Shown in pieces: positions 15,388 through 29,507 of a DNA stretch of 64,000 bases. The stretch spans positions 1,116,001 through 1,180,000 of the forward strand of contig CM022674.1 in assembly GCA_012295275.1 (NCBI GenBank), given 5' to 3'. The notes beneath the pieces are model-generated. The model searched no databases. It was given only the letters and a program-made list of their open reading frames with translations, and was not told where the DNA came from. The stretch comes from Chrysomallon squamiferum (Eukaryota; Animalia; Mollusca). Numbering within the stretch: position 1 is the stretch's first letter; every line of letters begins with the position of its first letter. The position numbers were made by a program, and so were the translations under genes.

Positions 15388-16789
15388 GACATCATTATAC
15401 TTAATTGTATTTGATGTTGAAGTTAGACGTGTATAATTATAAATTTGGTGTGGACGAAACATAATCAACACGATATATTATTAGAACGTCAAAATATGAA
15501 GAAAAAAAACTGTATGCGAGTGGGTTGGGTTTTTGATGAGTGTGGTTTATGTATTAAATGACTTTTCAAGACGTGCCAATGGTTTTTTGATAAATGTATC
15601 AAATTTGTATTTATTTTTCAGTGATAGTGTTTGATTTATTTGACGTTGTACACTTAACTTTGCTGTTACAAAGCATGAAAACAAATAAGCGCCCACGTTC
15701 CAAGAGATGCATGCAGTCTGCTTTTCATGATGCACGTGTATGTGCAGAATGACATTTTTTTGGGGGGAGGGTGGTTTTATATCATCAACAACTGACTAAA
15801 CCATTTAAAATTGTTTGTTGTATGTTTTAAATATACGAAATATGATTTTTTGTTTTTCTTTTTCAGATTTATTTCGTGTATGTATGTGTGTTAGTGTTGT
15901 GTGCGTGTATGTGTAGGTGTGCGTGTGTGGGCGTGTTTCTTCCTCTCTTTTTTCCCCAAGCAGTTCCGAGTTTGAAAAAGGTTATATGCATATTTTACTT
16001 CTATTTTTATTTTATTTTTCTTATCTATCTAGCTATCTATCTAGCTAGCTATCTTTTTTATTTATTTATTTATTTATTTATAAGACGAAAATGCAGCCTT
16101 TTGATGTGACAATCCACAAAATTAATATAAATATCTTAAAACAAACCTTTTATTATGAAAATTGAGAAAATTCTTTCACTTCACTAACGCTGTCCTGGGA
16201 GAGAACTGAATGATGCACTTTAAAACACTTTTTCTTTTTTCCTGTTTTTTTTTTTTTTTTTTTTAATCAACTGTTTATGGCACTATCCAATCCGAAAGTA
16301 TCTTCCAGTCACGTGACTCGTTAAATCAAATCACGCGACGTCTGACGGAAGAGCGGATTCAGTCATACCACGAACAAGCAAAATTCAGAACACACTGAAA
16401 AATCGTTTCTTATTTCCCTACAGAATGTTTTTAAAATGACGATAATTGTTCGGATATTATTTTTATTTTATTTTTCTTCGTTTTTATCTTGATTGTTGTG
16501 TGGTTTCATTTTTTTTCTGTTTGTTTGCTTTTCGTTGTTCTTTTGTTGTTCTTTTGTTATTGTTGATTTTGAGTGGTTTTTGTTGTTGGTTTTTTTGCAT
16601 GTAATAAATTAATTTTTATACAACGACTTTTTTTCTTCTTCTTTTGGTTTTCTTTAATTTTATTTTGTCGTTGTCTTGACAACCAGTCTAAAGTTTCTAG
16701 TGTATATTCCGCCATGTTTTGAAATGGCAGAGTGATTCGTAAATACTAATTTAAATCATTTTAAATAATAATAATAATAATAATAATAA

Positions 16790-16840
<51 letters not shown>

Positions 16841-17826
16841 ACAATAATTAGAAGAATAAGAAGATGATGATGCTGATAATGAATTTAACAGTAATAATAG
16901 TAGCCGATGTATCAATAGGAGCGGCAGTTGTAGTAGTAGCTGCTGCTGTAATAATAGTAGTAGTCATTAACAACAACAACAACAACAACAACAAGGTCGT
17001 CCATCTATTATTATCATCATCATCATTATTATCATCATCGCTGTGTAGTTTTTAACAATCAGTATTGCTGTTGTCGTCGTGATCGTCGTTGTTGCTGTTA
17101 CTTCTGTCACGTCGTGACCGTGGGTGGGAGGTGACAGACGTAACTCACGCACAGATTAATAATATTCACACACGTGCGGCCTCCACATCAAAAACACTGT
17201 TACGTCACAAGCATTAATGAGATAAATTCACGGTAACGTGGAGTTTTGAGAAGCGGTTGTCAAGCGCTCTCAGTTCCCTAGTGACCGGTCTGCGCTTAGC
17301 GATGTCGAGTGATAAATCAGTTCGTTTTCATTACGGTTTCCATTTTTCAAAAACCCGCTCGGTAAATTATGACGCGGATAATTTTTTTTTTTTTTTTTTT
17401 TTTGGCCATAAAGAAAGCAATTGTGGCTGGATTGTTTTATTAATAATAACGAACCAAGTATCGTAATTATGACGATTTTTTTTTTTTTTTTGTTTTTTTG
17501 TTTTAATATTTATTTTATTTTATTTAAAAATATATTGATTTATTTATTCTTATCGTTTTTATTGTTGCTGTTGTTATTATTATTTTTAGTAGTAGTAGTA
17601 AAAGTATTGTTGATGTTGTTGCTGTTAGGGTTAATGCTGTAATTATTATTATTGTTGTTGTTATCTTTAGTATTAGTTGTAGTAGTAGAGTTGTAGTAGT
17701 AGTAGACGTACTAGTAGTAATAGTAGTAGTAGTAGCAGAAACAGTAGTATCTTAATTGTTTTCGTGAATAGCAATTTTTTATTTATTTCAAAGATGGTTG
17801 TTTTTGTTAGGTTATTAATTTTAATC

Positions 17827-17895
<69 letters not shown>

Positions 17896-18687
17896 CTCTG
17901 TCTCTGTCTATCCCTCTTTCTCGCTCTCTCTCTCTCTCTCTGTGTCTCTGTCTCTGTCTATCCCTCTTTCTCGCTCTCTCTCGCTCTCTCTCTCTCTCTT
18001 TATATATATATATACACACATACACAGACATATATAGATAGATAGATATACACACATACACCATGAACTATTATATATATATATATGAATGGAAGATAAA
18101 AAAATGAATGAATGAATGAATAATAATAATAATTATTATTATTCTAAAGTCGACTGTCTGTTCTTTCCGCGAAGATAACACTAGATTTTAAACATTGTTG
18201 GTTACCATAACAATCCATCATTTTCTTCCACGTTTTGGTCTTCTGTTAATACCTTTCTGATTGCTGCCCGATTCCAGAATGTTTGTAGCGTTAATTATGT
18301 ATGACGTCATCTAATTGTTGACGTCATAATAGCCCGTTTTCTCCATAAACACCGTCATTCATTGAGGACTTGTGAATTTTATCATAAATCAAGAAATTAC
18401 AAATGTAGGAGTAAACTTTATTGTAAAGGAAAACTGTGAGTATGCACGCATAAATGCACGTGGATATACATGTATATGTGTAAGTGTGTATGTTGTGTGT
18501 CGTATGATACGGAGTGTAATGAGTCGGCACAGACTGATGTTTATATAACGTATACTTTGTAATGATCATCATGGTATAGTTTATTTCAGAAAGACTAACA
18601 GTAATATCACATAGAAAGAGTTGGAAATTGTTTTACATAAGATACATCAAAATGGATACAAATAATAATAATAATAATATAATAATG

Positions 18688-18763
<76 letters not shown>

Positions 18764-20250
18764 TAAGACTTGGTTATTAATGTTTCAGTATCTGTTACTA
18801 GGTGACTCGAAATTAAACCGAACGTAAAGACATATATAACCTGGAAGATATGAAATATCTTTGTGTCCGCTACAAGTGTTTGCAGTCCAAGACATCTTGA
18901 TTATTTCCCACGAGAGAATGCGATGATGTGTTGTACTTGCTGTGAAATAATAAACAGATTTCATATTAACACAAAAAAAAACAATTTCCAGACCAGACAG
19001 ACGTCACAGAAACACGTTAGTTGAAGATCAAGCGTCAGTATACGAAGGACAATGTAAGAATGGAAGAAGCGAAAGAATGAATGAATGAACGAACGAATCA
19101 ACGAATGAATAAAAGACACCTTAAACTATATTACTGACAGCTCTGCTCATGTTACTGTTAGATTGTCAAAAAAAAAAAAAAAATGTGATAATAATGTGAT
19201 TAGAAGAAGAAAAAAAAATATTTACACCACTGCATGAGTTACTCTTTTACTCTTTACGATGAACGGCAGCAATGGTTATTTTATTTAACAGCGAGGATGA
19301 AAATGGAACGGGAAAATAATTCATTTGGCGTACTAAAGTGAATTGATATTGTAAGCCATCGGAACGATAGAAAAATCTTTCTAACAACTGAACAACGCTA
19401 TTTGTATGCAAAATGATATGAATTCATAGTACGGTATGGAAACGTATGTAATATTACTTTATGTCTTATGTAGAATTGACAGCTAAAGCTTTAAAATAGC
19501 ATACGATTACAAGATATTGTAAAGTAAATTGTTATATCTGATACAACGCAGCGTTATAATATGTGAACCCATGCGACTCATGAATATCAACCAGAAACCG
19601 CAAAAATTATAGATTTTTTTTTTTTTTTATATTTATTTATTATTATTATTATTTATTTATTAATTTATTTATTTATCTATTTATTTATTTATCGATTTAT
19701 TTTATTTATTTATTTATTTATTATTTTTATTATATTATTATAGTGTTGTTATTATTATTGTTATTATTTTTTTATGGTTTTTGTAATATTATTAGAAATA
19801 AGAAAAAATGCTTAATATTTACGCAATTAGTAAAAATCATACGTATATATAATATATATAAAAAAAATTATTAATATTTTGATATGACGATACAAAAAAA
19901 GGCGCGTTGTCTGCAGACTCTATTGTTCAATTTTCAACAAGCAGTAACAGATTTATGAAGATTCACCGAGCAAAACGATTTTTCAGACCAATTAACCGCC
20001 TTCCTGCGACCACGTAATATCATCTTACTCCGTGAGTATTGTAACAATCAGCAGCTTCAGTAAAAAAAGAAAAAAATACAAGTTTATTAATGTTCGCATA
20101 TTTCCGAAACGTCAAAGGTAGACCTGCAAAAAAATTGATCCTTTTCTTGAAACAGAGAGATACGTATTTCGAGACAAATTAATAAAAAAATATGTATATA
20201 TATAAAAAATTGTGCTTATGTAATATACAGGTTAATATCATTTTGCTCCT

Positions 20251-20309
<59 letters not shown>

Positions 20310-20541
20310 CAGCCATACACAAACACATAAATATACAAATATACATACGCACAGTAAACGATGTCTTAATTATTATTATCATCATCATTATTGTTGTTGT
20401 TTTTGTTGTTTTTGGTATCTTGTTGTTGTTTGTTTGTATTTGTTGTTGTTTTAAATTGAATTACGAGTTAGAGACAGAAAGGAAATCCACGGTGAAAGGG
20501 AGGGAGTTATAGGGACTGCAGAGAGAGAGAGAAGAAGAAGA

Positions 20542-20629
<88 letters not shown>

Positions 20630-20795
20630 CAAGAGAGAATTCCTTTTCAGAAAACATATTCATCTTTTTTTTTGGGGGGGGGGTGTTGTTGTTTTATTAA
20701 ATTCTGTTGTTCTTGCATAATCAGGTAAAATCAGTAATAATAGTATAATGATGACATTTTATTATCCAAATGTCACATGTATACGCGCACACACA

Positions 20796-20878
20796 CAGTC
20801 AATATTCGATAACTCGAGATGGAAGGTACGAGCTGAAACAGTTCGAGTAATAGGGCCTTCGAGATATCGAATACTGAA
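20796..20878. mobile_element. Small palindromic MITE-like element
   Basis: Inverted repeats TATTCGATAACTCGA (20803-20817) and TCGAGATATCGAATA (20859-20873), 14/15 complementary, with an internal related TTCGAGTAAT. Resembles CAGTCGAA..CGATAACTCGA-type non-autonomous DNA elements. Confidence 0.55.
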
Positions 20879-22495
20879 TATATACAACAGTTCCGACAAG
20901 CGAATAATGTACGTTTCATATTTTAAAAACTCACTCTTTCGTATTTACTGGGCCACGCAAATAACAAAATAAATAAAAGAGAAATTTAAATTAATTTGAG
21001 ATAAATATGCAAACAAAAATAAATTCTGTACATGCATGTGAAAATGTATATGATAAGACTATGATACCATATTTATGATGATAACTTGAAGAATAACGGA
21101 GTAACGGTAGTTTTATGCCTGGATATATTTCGTATCAATCCTGTCAAAGAAATCTTGGTGTCATTTTAACATGAATTTTTTGCTCTTTCTAATGATGAAT
21201 AATGTTTTAGGAAAATAATAATTTAGAAAATTTTGTCACATATTTTCTCTACATTTGTGTATTAAAAAAACGCCTGATTTTTTTTGTTAAATCAAATAAA
21301 AAGTGTAACTTTTAAAATAACAGACTAATCATAAATATCTTTTTTACAAGTCCTTGAAACGACCAGATTTTTTATTTGATTTTTGATTTTTTTTTTTTTT
21401 TTAAATTTCTTTCGATTGATATAAATAAGAAAAAAAATCCAGAAAACTATATAAATAGAGGTATTCAGATATGAAATATCACTATTAAATCAGAAAACTA
21501 TCTTTAATTGCAAAGTCTATAAAACCAATGTTTATTAAATTGTCAAAAAAAAAAATATATATAATAATGACAAAATGGATTAGTATGACACCGTTCTTAA
21601 TTAATTAAGCATTTTAAAATGACACTGTTGATTTTTTCTTCTAGTCATGACGTCATCGCAGGCATGGGGCTCGATTTTTAGTTTCTTTGAAGTGTCCCCC
21701 CAACCAAAAAAAAAAAAAAATAATAATAATAATAATAATAAACAATAAATAAATAAATAAACAAACAATAAATATCGGTCCGCTAAGTGTACAGTAACAT
21801 GAACTCGTTGGTTAAAATGGCGGTGATTTGTTAAGAGTTTTACTTCATTGTCGTAATCTGTTATTACGATGATGTGTCGACCAACACAACAGACCGATAA
21901 CTTGAAAGTATAAAGAATTTCTAATGAACTATTTTACTTATTCCGCCACAGGTGCATTTTGAAGTTAATTCTATCTCCATGAGTTAATACTGCATATTAA
22001 AATACTAAAGGATACATTATTAATTGACCAATCAATTACCGATGTGATTCTATATTTAACTTTAGTTACCATTTTGTTGCATATCAAATCAACGTGAGGC
22101 ATGATAAAGTGCATTTTATCCCCTTGTTTTACATACATAATTTGACCCTCTTATTCTGGTATGAAGTTGTCATATGAAAGTACATTTTCTCTTTATCACT
22201 TCATTTTCTTATTTCTATTTTATCTTTTTTTTTTTGTTTCTTGTATTTTAATTTAGAAAGTTTGGATAATAATTCTCAGCGGGAAATGAGTTAGATTCAG
22301 TTTTGAAATGGCAATGCTCTCGTAAGTACTAATGATGTATTTTAAATATATATATATATTTATACATTATACCACTATTATTTATTTTATGTATATTCTG
22401 ATTAGGTTGACATTTGTGTTTGTGTGTATTTACGTTTCTGTGTGTGTGCGCGTATGTGTTTATGACATAATGGATTGTTCTGTTACGTTTGATAA

Positions 22496-22622
<127 letters not shown>

Positions 22623-23413
22623 CATGCATTTTATTATTTATTATTGCTGTGGTAAATTAAAAACCAAATAAAAAGAGAAAAATATTCAGCCGAAATTCTA
22701 TGAATTTTTAATTTACTCTTTATTTACATAAATGCATCAGAAGTATCTGCTAAATATAAATCTCATGTACATACAACACTGCCCATCTCTCTTACAATAT
22801 ACACTGAAGATCCCTTATCCGATATTCCGAAACATTAAACTTTTTATCAGCTGCAGAAAGAGTCACACCTTAGAGTTTCTGGAGTTTTGCATACACAAGC
22901 TTCATTTTATGCACAAATTTATTTTTAAAAAAAACTACATTTTACCAAATTCCAGCAGACTATCTACATAAACCCTGTGTAAAATAGAAATGGAAATTGT
23001 ATTTAGATTTAGATCCTGTTCTTCCTATATTCTAAAATTCAAAGCAGTTCTGGTCCCAAGGGTTCGGATAAAGGATTTTCAAACTGCATTAAGTAAATAG
23101 GCAGATATATCATTTTTGTTTACTGTTTAACATTACATAATTTCGTTATTAACACATTGGCAGACTAGTATTTCATTAACTGCAGCCGCCACTGACAAGA
23201 AAAATACTTTAAAACATTCATTTTTCATCAATAGTAAGTTAAAGAGACACAACTCAGTGGTGGTTTTTGTTCAATATCACATGACTTAAGGTCAGAGTTC
23301 ACCATATAATAAGGCGTTAATAAAACTCGATCTCTGATTGATTATTGAAAAATAATTTAATAATATCAGTCGGAAAATATTTTGGTTATGGGAATGCCCT
23401 GTTGATGTATTTA

Positions 23414-23478
<65 letters not shown>

Positions 23479-23834
23479 TAATATAATAAAAATAATAACA
23501 ATAATAACAGTAAGAAGAACAGTGAAGAAGAACAGTGAAGAAGGAATAAAAAAAAAAGGTGGTGGTTATGAAAAAAAAGCAATCATAAAAATGATTAGCA
23601 ATAAAGTATCTTTAATATATACCATCCCATGGACAAAAACACATAGAAAACATTCTGACAAATTATTTGCAGATGACTGGCAAAGACACCAAAATAGAGC
23701 ACACAGAAAATTGATCTGGACAGTAATCACACTTAGGGTCAATGAGACAAACTAATGTCATACAAAATTCACAATGTTGATTACTGCTGTTGTTTCATTT
23801 CTATCATAGCGTCATCACCATTATTCTCATTATA

Positions 23835-23923
<89 letters not shown>

Positions 23924-24329
23924 TTATTTGAAAGACTTTTTTTATATCTAAAGCATTACATATGTGTAAACAGTGAACATTTAATTCTAACTTCATTTAT
24001 TATATTATTTATTTTCTTTTTTTGGGGGGAAAAAAATTTAATAATAATAATTTACAAATTTTACTTTTACACTGAAAATGTCTTTTTTGGGGGGGCATAA
24101 AACTCATAAATCTTGTTCATTTTAACATACAAATCTTTTTTTATTTTTTTTTATTAAAGTTACATTATTAACAGATCTAGCAAGCTTTATGAATACATTT
24201 AAAAAAAAAGAAAAATGAACACAAAGTTCATCGTTTCTCTATTAAATTAAACCACGGATTCTCCTGAGTTATGAACAGAAAAATCACGTCCGACACAAAC
24301 TGTCACTCAAGGCTACGTTCAGCCAATCG

Positions 24330-26191
24330 TCAAATGCCTTTGTCCTGAAGCTCCGCCTCCACTATGGTCTTGTACTGGTCAAACCCGCCTTCCAGAGAAA
24401 CCACAGTTTTATTGCCCACGACCCACAATTCATTGCAAACCTTTCTGATGAGCCTTTCGTCGTGAGAAACCAACACAACACCACCCTGGGAGAAATATAA
24501 ACAAATAAATAAGTGTAATAATAAATAATATAAACAGCTTTATATGTGTCCACTGATTAATCAACATGAACTAGGTAACAGTCAGTTAAGAATGATGGTC
24601 AGATTTACAGAGATAGACTGAAAGAATGAATGAATGAATGAATATTTCATGAAATGCATGATAATGATAATGATAATAATAATAACAACAACAATAATTG
24701 GCCTTTAGGTGTCATATCATAATCATAATAATTACAGAAAATTGAAAATTAAATGCATTATGTGTAAAATACTTAAAAGAAAGAAACAAGGTTTAAAGAT
24801 GAATATAAAGAATGGAAGAGACCCAGACACGGGCACATACCTACAGACAAATGTACAGAATAGTTTTATTTCAACACTGTGAAAGACTGAAGGAATTAAA
24901 GTCAAAAATATTTTGCTGTCAACATTTATTAATTTTTTACTTTATCAGTTTGGTGGTGTGAGAAAAGAAAACACTGCATATTAGCAGCAAGTGATCTTCA
25001 GACAACCTTCTCATAAACAGCAAAACTGGACTGGTCAAATGACCACCAAACTATAAAGTTATAACTCATTTCACACTGTTTTCAAAGAAAAGAAATGTTT
25101 CTCTTACTTAGAGTATCAGTGGAGATCAGTAACAAATAAAAACAAATTAAATTTAAAATAAATAAAAAAAGTAACAGCAGTTTAGTGTAAAAATTAAACT
25201 TTTACCTGGAACTTGTTAAGTGCTTCTCCCAGAGCTTCTATTGTCTCCATGTCCAGGTGATTTGTAGGTTCATCAAGAATAAAGAAATTCGGACTGAAAG
25301 AAATTAATTAAACATTATTAGTGCTACTATTTTATTAATTATTACTATTAAAATTATTATTATCATTATTATTATTGTCGTTATTATTAATGTCATTATT
25401 ATTATTGTTGTTGTTGGTATTATTATCATTATTAGTTATTACTATTATTATTACCATCATCACTAGTGATATTATAATTATTATTATTATTATACTGTTG
25501 ACCTAATAAACACTGATGAACATTTAATTCTAACCAAATCATGTGAGACTTATCTGTACACATTCCTCCACTCACTTTAATGTGCTGAAAAACAACATGT
25601 AACTGAACTCACAGTGACTTACTCACGGTGACTTACTCACAGTGACTTACTCACACTTGTGTGTGAAGTGTGAACTGTACTCACTTGGACATGCTCACAG
25701 ACTTACTCACAGTGACTTACTCACACAGACTTACTCACAGTGACTTACTCACACCTGTGTGTGAAGTGTGAACTATACTCACTTGGACATGCTCATCACT
25801 GCGAAGGCAACTCGACTTTTCTGACCTCCTGAAAGACTTGAGACTGGACGCAGAGCAAGTTCTCCACTGACTCCATAGTAACCCAGCTGACCCCTGTACA
25901 CCTCAGTCGTTTTGCCTTGAAAACAAATAAATAAATTAATTAATTAATTAAAGTAAATAAATACGTAAATAAATAAATTAACAAATAAATAAAAATAAAA
26001 ATGTTAAAAATAACAATAATAATTAATAAATAAATTTAATAATAATAAAAAAGATTGCTTCTCTCTATCTATCTATCTATCTATCTATATATATAAAATA
26101 GAAGTAATCTACAAATTTTCCAAATTAGTTGTAATTTCCAAAAAGAAACTGTAAAGATACTGCTGAAAAAAAATCCTCAATTAATCTATTT

Positions 26192-26223
<32 letters not shown>

Positions 26224-26954
26224 AAAAAACATCCTGGAATAAACTCTGCATATTATAAAAGTAAACTATAAAAAAAAAAAAAGTTAAAAAATAAACAAAC
26301 AAACAATGAGAAAAAACCAATTTCAAAAACAAATCATTTTTATACAAACTATGAGACAATTCCTAAAACAAACTAATACAAAATAATTAAAATAAACTGT
26401 AATGCACTTTGATAACAACCCCACAGACACCAAAAACTCTGTTTAAAACAACAAAACTGAGCTTGCCTGGAAATCGCGTAGCGAGAAGTTCGACCGAGTT
26501 TGCGTTCATATCCAGCTGGTCAACGTGGTGCTGACTGAAGTAACCAATGCGCAGGCTCCTATGGGCGTGTCGGACTCCTTTCACCGGGGACAGGTTTCCT
26601 AACAGAATCTTCAGTAGAGTAGTCTTGCCAGCACCATTTTCTCCTACCTGGAACAACCAGAATAAAGAGGAAATTCACATCTTGTTTAATTAAGCACGTT
26701 ATGTGTGTGTGTGTGTGTGTGTGTAGTTCATTTTCTTTTACTGCAGTTATAACAGTAAAGACCAAAAGATCAGTTTTATTTAATGAAGCACTTTACATGT
26801 TTATAATTCACAAATCTATGTAGTCATGTAAGTGGTTGAGGACTGCGTGGGAGAAAAATATATGCAGTTGTCTTGTCAAATGTTATTTTATATTCGTTGT
26901 GTGTGTTTGTGTGTGTACTGACAGAGAGACATACAAATACATAGACATAAATAA

Positions 26955-27004
<50 letters not shown>

Positions 27005-27738
27005 CCATACAAACAGACAAAGTTAAACAAACCATTTCTTCATAATTGCTATTGATATTAACCTCACCAAATTGAAAAATATGTATCTTTAATGAGAAGT
27101 TTTACCATATCACTCTCTAATCTGACTCTATACATACATACAGACACACAATACATATACATAATTTTTTTTGTTTTTTTTGTTGTCAGATACAAGATTT
27201 GCAAATACATATAAACATGTACTCTTCTGCATACATAATAAAAATATAAATGTTCAAAACACCTTCAGGAATTTGCATTCTCAGCAAAATATTCATGAAT
27301 ATTCATCAATCTCTACCCAATAACAACACCTTAAAAAAACTGAACAAGCTACATACTATACAGATTCTCGAATCCATGGAGGCATTCACGTTTATATCGC
27401 AGAATATGGGATTCTGCTCTGAGTAGTAGAAGTAGACTTCATCGAGTTGTAGAATGGGTGGTGCCAATTTCTCACACTGTGGAAACCTGAAATTGTAATT
27501 TTAAATAAAAATATTACACTTCCATCATCATCATCATCACAGTGGTACATGATAAAAGTTGTAAACTGCAAAATACAGCTTAGAGGTGTGGTAAGATTTA
27601 AAATTAAACAACTGTTATGATGTTTATTCTTACCAATACCTTCATTTACTAATAGTCTCTCCTATTATGATTCTTAAACTTTTAGTTTTCATAATATATG
27701 CTGTTCACACTTGTAAAACACAAACTCTCTGTAATATG

Positions 27739-27785
<47 letters not shown>

Positions 27786-29439
27786 CATCTTTCTCTCTCC
27801 CTCTCTCTATTTTATTTTTGACATAAAACTTACTTAATAACAGACTCGTGTTCGTTTTCTACAGGTTTCAGTGGTGGTCTGAAATGATTTTTAAAAAATA
27901 TTACAGTAAACAGAAAACATTTCACATCACAACTTTAAATCGACTTTTCAAAAAAAACCACAAAAGAATAGAGCTATCTGTTTTACAACAAAAATAAATA
28001 ATAACAATAAATATATAAACAAAAAAATATGTGCACACTGTTCATTTTCAAGTGTGAGACATCTCTTTCAGCTAAAAAAATGAAAAGAACCTTATAATTA
28101 TTAATATTGTTCACAGTATTTTCAAAATTTTCTATTTTCACTGAAATTCAAAAAGCTGATTCTAAAAAATGAAACAAAAACCAGAACTGACAATAAATTT
28201 AATAACTTTTGTAATAAAAATCTTATTCCTTTTAAAAAAAATAAAATTTTAATAGTTACTTTTAAACACACACACACACATCTGATATATTAACAGACGC
28301 CTGTACAAATTTTTCACAAATATCTTTATATTATGTAAAACATTTTTTTCCCAATCTAACTCTGCTCTGTTTAAGCTGTACTTACAGTTTTTCTAACAAC
28401 TTCAGTTTGCTCTGAACTTGCGATGCCCTGTTAGCATTGTACCGGAATCTGTCGATGAAAATCTGCAAATAAAAACAACAAATTTCAAATTTATTAATTC
28501 CTTAAATAACTATTATTATTATTATTATTATTACTATTACTATTATTATTATTATCTAACAGCAGTCCATCAAAAATCACACATACACAAAAATTAAATT
28601 ATAAAAAGGAAACATACCTATAACTATGTTTGATATGCACACACATAAAATCTTTTTCCCAATCCAACACAGCTCATTAAATTTTTTCAATTTTTTTTAA
28701 AAACAAGAAAGTAAAATCACTAATATATACAATACGCTCTCAAAATCGTTTTCCCAATCTAACAGAGCTCACAGAAACATTGAAACAACTCACCTGTATG
28801 TGATCTCTGTACTGTTTCTGGGCTTCGTATTCTCTCTGCTGACTCTTGAGTCTCTCAGATCGGTCTTGTGGAAGGCTTCGTAGTTTCCGCGGTACGTGTC
28901 GATCTTCTGTGCGTTGAGGTGGAGAATGTCTGTTGTGACAGCGTTGAGAAACAGTCGGTCGTGAGACACAACCAGGATTGTTTTGGGCCATTTCTGTCAA
29001 TCAAATGAACAAATGAGTGAGTGAGTGAGGGAATGAATGAATGAATAAATGAATGAATGAATGAAATGAATGAATACAAAATTTAAATTTTAAATGCAAT
29101 TTGAAAAACAAACACAAATATAGAAATATAACTAAAAGGAAATTTGTGTTTTAACAGAATATTAAAATGTATGTTGGTTTGATCAAAACAGTTGGTGAAA
29201 ATTTAAATACTGTCCATTGGAACCAACTGCCTGAATGAATGAATAAATGAAATCAACAGCAAAAGAGAAAAATAAATAAATAAATAAATAATCAAACAAA
29301 TGAATGAATAAGTATTTGCTTAACAAGATCCAGCACATATGAATAAATTAGGCTTTAAGCAATCAAAAGATAGATTTTATTGATGTCTGGAACACAAGCA
29401 AAAGCTTGCACACATGCACAGCACACACACTCACAGAAT

Positions 29440-29471
<32 letters not shown>

Positions 29472-29474
29472 CAC

Positions 29475-29507
<33 letters not shown>

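Noticed and set aside
28855-28870. Programmed ribosomal frameshift in ABCF3
   Set aside because: No slippery heptamer or stimulatory structure; a simple indel explains it.
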